Made by a program: the position numbers and the translations under genes. 64,000 nucleotides of DNA from NCBI GenBank assembly GCA_043803225.1, contig JAZDKF010000027.1:22406-86405 (forward strand), in the 5' to 3' direction. The notes beneath the pieces were generated by a model. The model did not search any database. It was not told the origin of the DNA and saw only the letters and a list, made by a program, of their open reading frames with translations. The stretch comes from Candidatus Beckwithbacteria bacterium. GTDB lineage: Bacteria; Patescibacteriota; Microgenomatia; UBA1400; CG1-02-47-37. Positions 43,726 through 51,975 of this stretch are shown here, piece after piece (position 1 is the stretch's first letter; each line of letters starts with the position of its first letter).

Positions 43726-45935
43726 CTGATTTAACCAAGATTATTAAAAGAGACGGCCGGGTGGCGGCGTTTGAGGAGGAAAAGATTATTAAGGCAATTG
43801 TGGCGGCGTTCGCGGCTGTTGGAGAAGTTAGCGGTGAAATAAAACGAAGAAAAGAAGCTGAACGATTAACCAAGATTGTGATTAATATTCTGAAGCGGGG
43901 AGTGAATGGGGAAATTCCGACCGTAGAACAAGTCCAGGACGTAGTCGAACAGGTATTAATGGCCGCCGGCCATTATGAAGTGGCTAAGGCCTATATTTTA
44001 TACCGGGAGCAGCATGAGATGGTAAGAAAAACCAAAGAGTGGCTAGGAGTTAAGGATGATTTAGGCTTGTCGATTAATCAGATAAAAGTTTTAGAAAACC
44101 GGTTTTTACGGCATGATGAATCAGGGCAAGTAATTGAGACTCCGAGACAACTGTTTAGACGGGTGGCCAAGTTTATAAGCGGTCAGGAAAAGCCAGCCAG
44201 CCAGCAACAGTGGGAAGATAAGTTTTTTGAAACAATTTCAAGACTGGAGTTTGTACCCGGAGGCACATACTTTCGCGGAGCCGGAACCAAGTCGGCGATG
44301 CTGGCTAATTGTTTTGTGCTGCCGGTTGAGGATCAAATGGGAGAGATATTTGATGCGGTTAAGTGGCTGGCTTTGATTCAACAGGCCGGGGGAGGAACCG
44401 GCTTTAATTTTTCCAAGTTGAGGCCAAAAGGCGATTATGTAAAGAGTTCGGGCGGGTTTGCGACCGGGCCGGTTTCATTTATGAAAGTATTTGATGCGGC
44501 GACCGGCCAGGTGATGCAGGGCGGTTACCGGATGGGAGCGAATATGGGGATTTTAGACGTTGATCATCCGGACATCCTCGAATTTATCACTTGTAAAACT
44601 GAAGAGGGGGAGATCTCGAACTTTAATATTTCGGTAGGGACGACGGATAAATTTATGCAGGCAGTGAAGGAGAATAAAGAATTTAATTTAGTTAATCCGC
44701 GAACTGGGGAAATGGTACGGACGGTTAAAGCCAGGCAGTTGTTTTCCCAGATGGTTAATTTGGCTTGGCGGACCGGGGATCCGGGAATGATTTTCTTAGA
44801 CACAATTAATAAAAAGAATCCGGTATTAAAAACTTTAGGGCCATTAAAAGCCACCAATCCCTGCGGGGAACAACCATTACATCCGTTTGATGTGTGCAAT
44901 TTGGGTAGTATTAATTTAGCGAAGATGGTGGTCTTAAGCCAAGGCCGACACGAGGTGGATTGGCGGCGACTTGAGGAAGTAGTGCGAATTGCAGTGAGGT
45001 TTTTGGATGATGGGGTGGATGCGAGCCGATATCCTTTGGAACAGGTGGAAAAGATGGCCAAGGCTAATCGTAGAATCGGCTTGGGAATTATGGGGTTTGC
45101 AGATATGCTGTATCAATTAGAGGTGGGGTATAACACTGACGAAGGAGTAAGGTGGGCGGAGAAGGTGATGAAAGCGGTCAACCAAGCGGCAGTAGATGAG
45201 TCGGTAAAGTTGGCGAAAGAAAAAGGTTGTTTCAAGAATTGGAAGGGGAGTGAGTACGAGACAAAAGGAATCAAGCGGCGAAACTTGGCGGTAACCACGA
45301 TTGCACCGACGGGAACGATTTCCATGGTGGCGGATTGTTCGTCCGGAATTGAGCCAAACTTTGCTTTAGCTTACATTAAAAACGTAATTGATGATCAAGG
45401 TTTGCATTATGTTAATCCTTATTTTAAAGCGGCAGTAGAGAAGAGCAATTTAAGTTTAGAGCAGAAAAATGATGTCTATCAAAGGGTGGCTAAAACAGGC
45501 CAATGCAGTGATATTGAGTACTTATCAGCGAAAATTAAAGAGATTTTTGTAACCGCTTATGGGATTAAGCCGGAGTGGCATGTAAAGATGCAGGCCGGGT
45601 TTCAAAAGTATACGGAAAATGCTGTCAGCAAGACAATAAATTTTCCCAATACGGCCAGCCAAACGGATATTGAAAAAGCCTATATTTTAGCTTGGGAATT
45701 AAAGTGCAAGGGAATTACGATTTACCGTTCCGGAAGCCGCGAGGGTCAGGTACTGCAAGCGCCGGAAACAAAAAAGACGGCGCCGAAAAAGAAAGAACAA
45801 ATTATGCAAAGCAAGATTAGAATTAAGCCGTTAAAGCAGAAGAAGGATGTTTGTTCGGAATGCGGGGAAATGATGGAAATGGTTGAAGGCTGTGCGACTT
45901 GCAGAAAGTGCGGATTTTCCAAATGCAGTATCTAA
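43722..45935 (+). CDS. nrdJ: Class II ribonucleotide reductase, paralog 3, with N-terminal ATP-cone.
   Basis: ATP-cone 'IIKRDGRVAAFEEEKIIKAIVAAF', then 'ANCFVLP', 'TNPCGEQPLHPFDVCNLGSINL' and 'CSECGE...CATCRKCGFSKCS'. ATGA overlap with paralog 2. Confidence 0.8.
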   Translation: MTDLTKIIKRDGRVAAFEEEKIIKAIVAAFAAVGEVSGEIKRRKEAERLTKIVINILKRGVNGEIPTVEQVQDVVEQVLMAAGHYEVAKAYILYREQHEMVRKTKEWLGVKDDLGLSINQIKVLENRFLRHDESGQVIETPRQLFRRVAKFISGQEKPASQQQWEDKFFETISRLEFVPGGTYFRGAGTKSAMLANCFVLPVEDQMGEIFDAVKWLALIQQAGGGTGFNFSKLRPKGDYVKSSGGFATGPVSFMKVFDAATGQVMQGGYRMGANMGILDVDHPDILEFITCKTEEGEISNFNISVGTTDKFMQAVKENKEFNLVNPRTGEMVRTVKARQLFSQMVNLAWRTGDPGMIFLDTINKKNPVLKTLGPLKATNPCGEQPLHPFDVCNLGSINLAKMVVLSQGRHEVDWRRLEEVVRIAVRFLDDGVDASRYPLEQVEKMAKANRRIGLGIMGFADMLYQLEVGYNTDEGVRWAEKVMKAVNQAAVDESVKLAKEKGCFKNWKGSEYETKGIKRRNLAVTTIAPTGTISMVADCSSGIEPNFALAYIKNVIDDQGLHYVNPYFKAAVEKSNLSLEQKNDVYQRVAKTGQCSDIEYLSAKIKEIFVTAYGIKPEWHVKMQAGFQKYTENAVSKTINFPNTASQTDIEKAYILAWELKCKGITIYRSGSREGQVLQAPETKKTAPKKKEQIMQSKIRIKPLKQKKDVCSECGEMMEMVEGCATCRKCGFSKCSI

Positions 45936-45947
45936 GGAATAACTCGG

Positions 45948-46025
45948 CAAACAAAATTTTCTGCGTGCTCACAGTTATCTGGCTAGCTAAAGCTACCAGA
46001 TGAGATGCTGCGCGCGCAAAATTTG
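45948..46025. repeat. Copy 3 of the conserved hairpin element, downstream of nrdJ paralog 3.
   Basis: 'caaacaaaattttctgcgtgctcacagttatctggctagctaaagctaccagatgagatgctgcgcgcgcaaaatttg'. Same flanks as copies 1 and 2. The central stem sequence differs but base pairing is preserved. Confidence 0.7.
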
Positions 46026-46044
46026 TATACTGAGTTATTAATTT

Positions 46045-46662
46045 ATGAAAATTATACTGGCCTCGGATTCGCCACGGAGAAAGCAGTTACTGTTTTTGCT
46101 GGGATTAAAATTTACAGCCGTCAGCCACAAAATTAAAGAGGAAGAGTATGTGGGTTCAGATGCCGAAGACTTAGTTGGACAGTTAGCAATTGCAAAAGCG
46201 ACTTCGATCGAGCCGCCAAAAGGAGGAATAGTCATTGGTTCGGATTTAGTGGTGGTAAAAAGAGATAGATTCATGGGTAAGCCAAAAGATTTGCAGCAAG
46301 CAAGAGAATATTTAAAACTTTTGTCTGGCAAAACTCATTCGGTTTTTTGCGGCGTTGCCGTTGCCTCTAAAAACAAAGTTTTGATGAGTGTGGCGAGAAG
46401 CTGGGTGGGGATGAAACGCTACAATGAAAAAATTATTGAGGCATATATTAACAAATTTCAGGTATTGGATAAGGGTGGGGGATATGCCATTCAATTTGAG
46501 CTGCCGGGGTATGGCAGTTTAGTCGAAACTTTTGGAGGTGGAATTACCACGATTATCGGTTTGCCGTTGGAGTATTTAGTTAATTTACTCAAAGAGTTTG
46601 GAGTCAAAGTTGATTCTAACTGGCGGGAAAAGTGTAAAATAGAAACAGGTTATGAGAACTAA
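46045..46662 (+). CDS. maf: Maf-family nucleoside triphosphate pyrophosphatase.
   Basis: 'MKIILASDSPRRKQLL' N-terminal Maf motif. ~200 aa. Confidence 0.75.
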   Translation: MKIILASDSPRRKQLLFLLGLKFTAVSHKIKEEEYVGSDAEDLVGQLAIAKATSIEPPKGGIVIGSDLVVVKRDRFMGKPKDLQQAREYLKLLSGKTHSVFCGVAVASKNKVLMSVARSWVGMKRYNEKIIEAYINKFQVLDKGGGYAIQFELPGYGSLVETFGGGITTIIGLPLEYLVNLLKEFGVKVDSNWREKCKIETGYEN

Positions 46663-47173
46663 ACAGGGATTAGTTTATGTGTTTACCGGCGAGGGAAAAG
46701 GTAAAACCTCGGCGGCCCTGGGAGTAGCAGTTAGGGCGGCCAGTACGGGAGTGAAGGTGGGCTGGGTGAGCTGGTACAAGGAAAAGAAATGGCCGATCAG
46801 TGAAATGAAATTGAAACTTAACAACTTAAAGATGTATTTTATAGGGGAGGGATTTTATAAGTTGCCGACAGACCACGCAACGCCGGCTCAGCATCACAAA
46901 GCGGCTCTGGCAGGACTGAAGCTGGCAGAAAAATTAATCGATAAAGTTGACGTGTTGGTTTTGGATGAAATCAATAATGCGATTAGTGATAAATTAATTA
47001 AACTTGAGCAGGTGATGAAGTTAATAAAGAATCGAGGCAAAACCCATTTAATTTTAACCGGCAGAGGGGCTACGAGGAGACTCCTTGTAGGCGCAGACTT
47101 GGTGACGGAGATGAAAAAAATCAAGCACCCGTTTGACAAAGGAGTGAAGGCAGTGAAGGGTTTAGATTATTGA
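46652..47173 (+). CDS. cobO: ATP:cob(I)alamin adenosyltransferase, BtuR/CobA/CobO type.
   Basis: 'VFTGEGKGKTSAALG' P-loop, 'VLVLDEINNA', 'LILTGRGA' and C-terminal 'KHPFDKGVKAVKGLDY' align with the E. coli BtuR 'KHAFDAGVKAQMGIDY' end. Confidence 0.7.
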   Translation: MRTKQGLVYVFTGEGKGKTSAALGVAVRAASTGVKVGWVSWYKEKKWPISEMKLKLNNLKMYFIGEGFYKLPTDHATPAQHHKAALAGLKLAEKLIDKVDVLVLDEINNAISDKLIKLEQVMKLIKNRGKTHLILTGRGATRRLLVGADLVTEMKKIKHPFDKGVKAVKGLDY

Positions 47174-47207
47174 CTTGAAAGATAATAGTGCTATATTACA
47201 GGTTATT

Positions 47208-47235
47208 AGTCTGCCATTTGAGCAGACTTTTTATT
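47208..47235 (+). terminator. Rho-independent terminator after cobO.
   Basis: 'agtctgc' / 'gcagact' stem, 7-nt loop and 'tttttatt'. Confidence 0.55.
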
Positions 47236-47250
47236 ATAAAAGGAGAAAAA

Positions 47251-47724
47251 ATGGCTTTAGATTTTATAAGAGATAGGAGAGCTGAGGAACTGGAAAGTCA
47301 AGAAGAAATTGATATACAAACTTTAGCATTACAGAACATTAAAGATAAGTTTGTACAATTATTAATTCGGGAAGGAAAAGAGACAAAAAAACACACTTTA
47401 ATTAATAGATTAATCGCAAATTACGAAACCAAAGTAACATTTGAGGGTAAGTGGCAAGAGGAAGATGCTCAAGTGGAAATATCGGCCTCTGTTTTTATGG
47501 ATAAATTAATTTCTGAGAATAAACATTTTCCGATTTATGTACAGCTTAATATGGGTCATTTTAGCTCTCAATACTCTTTAAACTCAGATGTCAGTACAAG
47601 CCATGCTTTTTTATATGAAAATGGCGAAATTAGAGATTTTTATCCCAGTAATTTTTGTTTAGGATTGGAACAAGTGTTGGAGGCAATCCACAGCGGACAA
47701 TTTGTTGCTGTTCAAGCAAAATAG
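47251..47724 (+). CDS. Hypothetical protein (AT-rich).
   Basis: Start at 'MALDFIRD' with 'aaaggag' RBS. No known motif recognised. Confidence 0.3.
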   Translation: MALDFIRDRRAEELESQEEIDIQTLALQNIKDKFVQLLIREGKETKKHTLINRLIANYETKVTFEGKWQEEDAQVEISASVFMDKLISENKHFPIYVQLNMGHFSSQYSLNSDVSTSHAFLYENGEIRDFYPSNFCLGLEQVLEAIHSGQFVAVQAK

Positions 47725-47751
47725 AAGCGGATGTTGTGCTAATATTACGGT

Positions 47752-48030
47752 GTGGATAAGCAAACGGTTTACTTGCAGTTAAAAGAATTAGAAAAAGAGC
47801 TAGTGGAGGCGTTTGCCCATTTTCGAAGGGTGTTTAATGAAGTGGCTGATCCGAGAAAACAGTTATCTAACCAGGAAATTTACGATAAGCTTCAGGGAGA
47901 TATTAAGGAATACCATGAAGAAATTGAGGAGATTAAGAAAAAAACTTTGGAGATTATGAATAAGATCCAAAGAGAGTATGATCAGCTAGCCTACCAAAAA
48001 ATATTAAGTAATTTGGAAATAAAGCCCTAA
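47752..48030 (+). CDS. Small coiled-coil hypothetical protein.
   Basis: 92 aa, heptad-rich and K/E-rich. Confidence 0.3.
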   Translation: MDKQTVYLQLKELEKELVEAFAHFRRVFNEVADPRKQLSNQEIYDKLQGDIKEYHEEIEEIKKKTLEIMNKIQREYDQLAYQKILSNLEIKP

Positions 48031-48054
48031 CAAAAATTGTGTTATCATTAACTC

Positions 48055-48492
48055 ATGACAGACCTGCCCGATGATTCACAACAGAAACCGCCAGCGCCAC
48101 CGATAATAACCGGCCAGCCGGTAGGAGGGAAGGAAAGAGTTGATAATAAGCCCGCCGCAGCTGAGAGCTCTGGCGAGGCGAAGCAAGAAGAAACGCCGGT
48201 AACTGAGTTTACCCGGAATATAGATTTGGAACCGGAAGTGGAGGGCTGGCTGGAAAAGGTGGAAAAAGAAGACAGCCAAGCGCCTCAAGCGATCAAAGAT
48301 GATAAAGGTCAGGTAGTGCTGGATGATACGGCTCAGCCAGGGGCGGGTTTTAAAGTCGTGTTACCTTTGACTAAAGATGAAGTCGATAAAGGGTTGCAGC
48401 ATAAAGTGCTGGATAGCATCAGGTGGCTGGCAGAGTGGTGTATCAGAATGGTAAAGATGTTTGGCAGTAAAGTTGCCTACAGGAGAAAATAA
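48055..48492 (+). CDS. Pro/Glu-rich hypothetical protein, translationally coupled to the downstream ATPase.
   Basis: 145 aa with a low-complexity N-terminal half. TAATG overlap with the next gene. Confidence 0.3.
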   Translation: MTDLPDDSQQKPPAPPIITGQPVGGKERVDNKPAAAESSGEAKQEETPVTEFTRNIDLEPEVEGWLEKVEKEDSQAPQAIKDDKGQVVLDDTAQPGAGFKVVLPLTKDEVDKGLQHKVLDSIRWLAEWCIRMVKMFGSKVAYRRK

Positions 48493-50822
48493 TGGATAAA
48501 GTAACCATATTAATTGAACAAGCCAAGTATTTACTCTTAATTGCTTTTCTCTTAGGAATAGGCATGGTGATGTTGGCGGGTTTAGGTTATGTGGTGATCC
48601 ACTGGCTGAAGTTTAAGGATCGGGAGAAAAGATCTTTGGAGTTTGTCGTCTTGCAAATAGCCGTACCCAGAGATAATGAAGTGAAAATTGACGGTGCCGA
48701 GCAAATGTTTGCCTCGCTTTTCAGCGTGAAGAAAGGCGGCGGCCTGTTTAAATTTTTAAAGCCCCAGGATCATTTAAGCTTTGAGATTGTGGCTAAAAAA
48801 GAAGATATCAGGTTTTATGTATCGATTCCTAATAAATTGAAAGATTTGGTAGAAAAACAAATTCACGGAACTTACCCGGGTGCAGATGTCAGAGAAGTGG
48901 ACGAGTACAATATTTATGCCGACCACGGCAAGGTGGCGTTTGCGGCGATGAAACTAGGCAGCGCCTCGCATTTTCCGATTCAGATTTACAAGGATTTGCC
49001 GACGGATCCGTTAAGCTCAATTACTTCCGGACTGGCGAAAATGGGGGAAAACGAAGGGGCGGTAATGCAGGTGTTGATTTCGCCGGCGGATAACAAATGG
49101 CAGAAGTCCGGCCGGTCGTATATTGCCAAAACGAAAAAAGCCGAGGCAGATCCGGAGACGGCTAAATACACAGTGGACCCGAAAACTTATGAAGAAATTG
49201 AGAATAAGTGTTCAAAGCCGGGGTTTGAAACCACGATCAGAATGGTGGTGTCGTCCACGACCAAAGAATCAGCCGAGGCGCATTTGTCCAACCTGACTTC
49301 GGCTTTTTCCCAGTTTAATTCTGACCATAACAGTTTTACCAAGATGAAGATCAGGCTGAAAAAACTATTTATGATTGATTTTATTTACCGGTATCAGCCG
49401 CTGTTCGGATCAAAAAGCATTTTGTCGACCGAAGAATTGGCAACGATTTATCACTTTCCCAATAAGAGTATTGAGACGCCGCATATTTATTGGTTGAATG
49501 CCAAACGGGCGCCGGCGCCGGCTTTGATTCCGAAAGAAGGTTTATTTTTAGGCAAGAGCGTTTACCGGGGAGTGACCCGGCCGGTATATATTAGCGAGGA
49601 CGACCGGTTGAGGCACACCTATATTATTGGGAAGACCGGGGTGGGAAAGTCGGAGCTTTTAATTGAGATGATTATGCAGGATATCCGGGCCGGCAAGGGA
49701 GTGTGTTTTATTGACCCGCATGACACAGTCGAAAAGATTTTGGAAATGATTCCGCCGGAACGGGCAGAGGACGTAATTTACTTTAATCCTTCAGATACAG
49801 AAAGACCGCTGGGGCTTAATATGCTGGAGGCAAGAACTGAAGAAGAAAAACACTTTGTGACGACTTCAATCGTGGGTTTGATGTACAAGCTTTATGATCC
49901 GCACAAAACCGGAATTATCGGGCCGCGGTTTGAACACGCGATCAGAAATGCAATGCTGACAGTGATGAGCGAGCCGGGGAATACGTTTGTGGAAGTGGTC
50001 CGGGTGTTAACCGATGCCAAGTATGTGCAGGAGCTGCTGCCGAAAGTGACTGATCCGATGGTCAGACGATACTGGACTGACCAGATTGCCCAGACTTCGG
50101 ACTTCCATAAATCAGAAGTGTTGGACTACATTGTTTCCAAGTTCGGCCGGTTTGTGACTAATAAGATGATGAGAAATATAATCGGCCAGTCAGAAAGTGC
50201 GTTTAATTTTAGAAAAGTAATGGATGAGGGGAAGATTTTACTGATTAATTTAGCCAAGGGGAGAATTGGGGAAGAGAACAGCCAATTTTTAGGCCTGATT
50301 TTAGTGCCGAAGATTTTGATCGGGGCGATGAGCCGGCAGGATATTCCGGAAGAGCAGAGAAAGCCGTTTTATTTATATGTAGACGAGTTTCAGAATTTTG
50401 CCACGCCGGATTTTGCTCAGATTTTATCCGAGGCGAGAAAGTTTGGTTTGGCGTTGACAGTAGCGAATCAGTTTATCGGCCAAATGGAGGAGGAAGTCAA
50501 GAACGCGATTTTTGGCAACGTGGGAACTTTAATCTCCTTTCGGGTCGGAGTAAATGATGCTAATTATCTGCAGCATGAGTATCAACCGGTGTTTTCCGAA
50601 ACAGATTTGATTAATATTGAACGGTTTAATGCCTACATTAAAACTTTGGTTCATAATGAGCCGGCGCAGCCGTTTTCTTTGGATCTGACAAAAGATATGA
50701 GCAAGGCAAAAGAGGAGAGAAGCCTGAAGATGGCAGAGATGGTGAAACAGCTGTCCAGGTTAAAGTATGCCCGGGACTTGCGGGTGATTGAGGCGGAAAT
50801 TAGCCAGCGGTCGAAGTTGTAA
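48492..50822 (+). CDS. Membrane-anchored FtsK/HerA-superfamily P-loop ATPase of VirB4/TraC- or VirD4-like (T4SS/conjugation-type) architecture.
   Basis: N-terminal TM 'LLLIAFLLGIGMVMLAGLGYVVIHWL', a ~330 aa middle domain, Walker A 'HTYIIGKTGVGKS' followed by 'CFIDPHD', and Walker B 'FYLYVDEFQNF'. 776 aa, in the VirB4 size range. Confidence 0.45.
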   Translation: MDKVTILIEQAKYLLLIAFLLGIGMVMLAGLGYVVIHWLKFKDREKRSLEFVVLQIAVPRDNEVKIDGAEQMFASLFSVKKGGGLFKFLKPQDHLSFEIVAKKEDIRFYVSIPNKLKDLVEKQIHGTYPGADVREVDEYNIYADHGKVAFAAMKLGSASHFPIQIYKDLPTDPLSSITSGLAKMGENEGAVMQVLISPADNKWQKSGRSYIAKTKKAEADPETAKYTVDPKTYEEIENKCSKPGFETTIRMVVSSTTKESAEAHLSNLTSAFSQFNSDHNSFTKMKIRLKKLFMIDFIYRYQPLFGSKSILSTEELATIYHFPNKSIETPHIYWLNAKRAPAPALIPKEGLFLGKSVYRGVTRPVYISEDDRLRHTYIIGKTGVGKSELLIEMIMQDIRAGKGVCFIDPHDTVEKILEMIPPERAEDVIYFNPSDTERPLGLNMLEARTEEEKHFVTTSIVGLMYKLYDPHKTGIIGPRFEHAIRNAMLTVMSEPGNTFVEVVRVLTDAKYVQELLPKVTDPMVRRYWTDQIAQTSDFHKSEVLDYIVSKFGRFVTNKMMRNIIGQSESAFNFRKVMDEGKILLINLAKGRIGEENSQFLGLILVPKILIGAMSRQDIPEEQRKPFYLYVDEFQNFATPDFAQILSEARKFGLALTVANQFIGQMEEEVKNAIFGNVGTLISFRVGVNDANYLQHEYQPVFSETDLINIERFNAYIKTLVHNEPAQPFSLDLTKDMSKAKEERSLKMAEMVKQLSRLKYARDLRVIEAEISQRSKL

Positions 50823-50862
50823 AGAGTTGATTTTCTTCTGGATTATCCTATAATGTCCGAAT

Positions 50863-51852
50863 ATGAATTTGGAAAATGAGGTGCTACTGCCGCAGCCTGA
50901 AGTAATTAAACAAGAAAGAGCCGAACAGTTGGTAATAGGTGGAGAGTTTTGTGGAGTTAGTGAGGTAAATAAACTACTGGGAAAATTGGGTTTTACGACT
51001 GTTTCAGCGGGTAAGTTACTCAACATTTTTGATAGTGATGAGTTGGTTCAATCAGTGATAAGATATCCGAGAAATGAGTTTGTTCAATTGGGGAGAACAA
51101 TTATTGTTAGAGTAGATATAGCCCCTAGCGTATTAAAAAATGAACTGACATTAAGACTTAAGCAAATGAATAAAAATTCTGAAAAATTAACGGTTGTCCG
51201 AGATGAAATATTGGGTAATGGCGGTCAGTTTATGGCAGAGTCAGGTTTGATTATTGGCCCGGAGATATATTTTGATGAACGGGTAAATAAAGTTTTAGAT
51301 ACAACCGATTGCCATGATTGGAAAAGAGTGGCTTTGCCTACTCCTTCGATGAATGATTATTATTCTTGGTTGAATAGCCAAAGATCAAAGAAATACTTTC
51401 AAGAGTTAGGGGAAAAGTTGTCGGAAACGGAAGTAACTTATTTAAAAAATTATTATAATCAGAAATCATTAGGAAAATATCCGGATTTGGACCTTTTTGC
51501 CAATATTGGTACAGATAATCAGGTTCGGCCGAGGGTTTTATTAGACGATCTTTATGCGGAGATTTATCCTGTGGCAGAAGAAAGGGTAACTAGCCACAAT
51601 GTGACAGTTCATCGGATAAGTGCTTGGGAAGCCAATCGTTTTCTAGCTGATAACTTTTTGTCTTTGGGGAGGTCAGCGGCTGGCAGAGTGGTTTTTGTCA
51701 GTGAAGGCAGCACCGAGACGCAGCAATTATTAAGAGAAGAATTAAATTATAAAGAAATTGTTGGAGGGCAGCTTGATTTAGTAGTAGACAGACAACATGG
51801 GGCGGGATGGCACTGCCGGTTTAATGTGATTGACCTAAGCGTGTTTAAATAA
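50863..51852 (+). CDS. Hypothetical protein (AT-rich, soluble).
   Basis: 329 aa ORF. No known motif recognised. Confidence 0.3.
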   Translation: MNLENEVLLPQPEVIKQERAEQLVIGGEFCGVSEVNKLLGKLGFTTVSAGKLLNIFDSDELVQSVIRYPRNEFVQLGRTIIVRVDIAPSVLKNELTLRLKQMNKNSEKLTVVRDEILGNGGQFMAESGLIIGPEIYFDERVNKVLDTTDCHDWKRVALPTPSMNDYYSWLNSQRSKKYFQELGEKLSETEVTYLKNYYNQKSLGKYPDLDLFANIGTDNQVRPRVLLDDLYAEIYPVAEERVTSHNVTVHRISAWEANRFLADNFLSLGRSAAGRVVFVSEGSTETQQLLREELNYKEIVGGQLDLVVDRQHGAGWHCRFNVIDLSVFK

Positions 51853-51870
51853 TGGTAAAATACAGTTTAC

Positions 51871-51944
51871 AGGCCGGTAGCTCAGTTGGTTAGAGCGTCA
51901 AGCTTATACCTTGAATGTCGGAGGTCCGACTCCTCCCCGGCCTA
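51871..51944 (+). tRNA. tRNA with anticodon UAU (tRNA-Ile reading AUA); atypical T-loop.
   Basis: Manual cloverleaf: acceptor 'aggccgg'/'ccggcct', D-arm 'gctc..gagc', anticodon stem 'tcaag'/'cttga' with loop 'cttatac' (anticodon tat), T-stem 'ggagg'/'cctcc' with loop 'tccgact' (C at position 55). No encoded CCA. Confidence 0.6.
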
Positions 51945-51975
51945 CTCGTTTAATAATTTTCCTGCCCAAAAATTT

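Noticed and set aside
47070-47100. Near-palindrome 'ctacgaggagactccttgtag' in cobO as an inserted palindromic element
   Set aside because: The encoded residues (GATRRLLVGADLV) align position-for-position with the conserved BtuR segment (GCHRDILDLADTV). There is no length increase, so it is native coding sequence.
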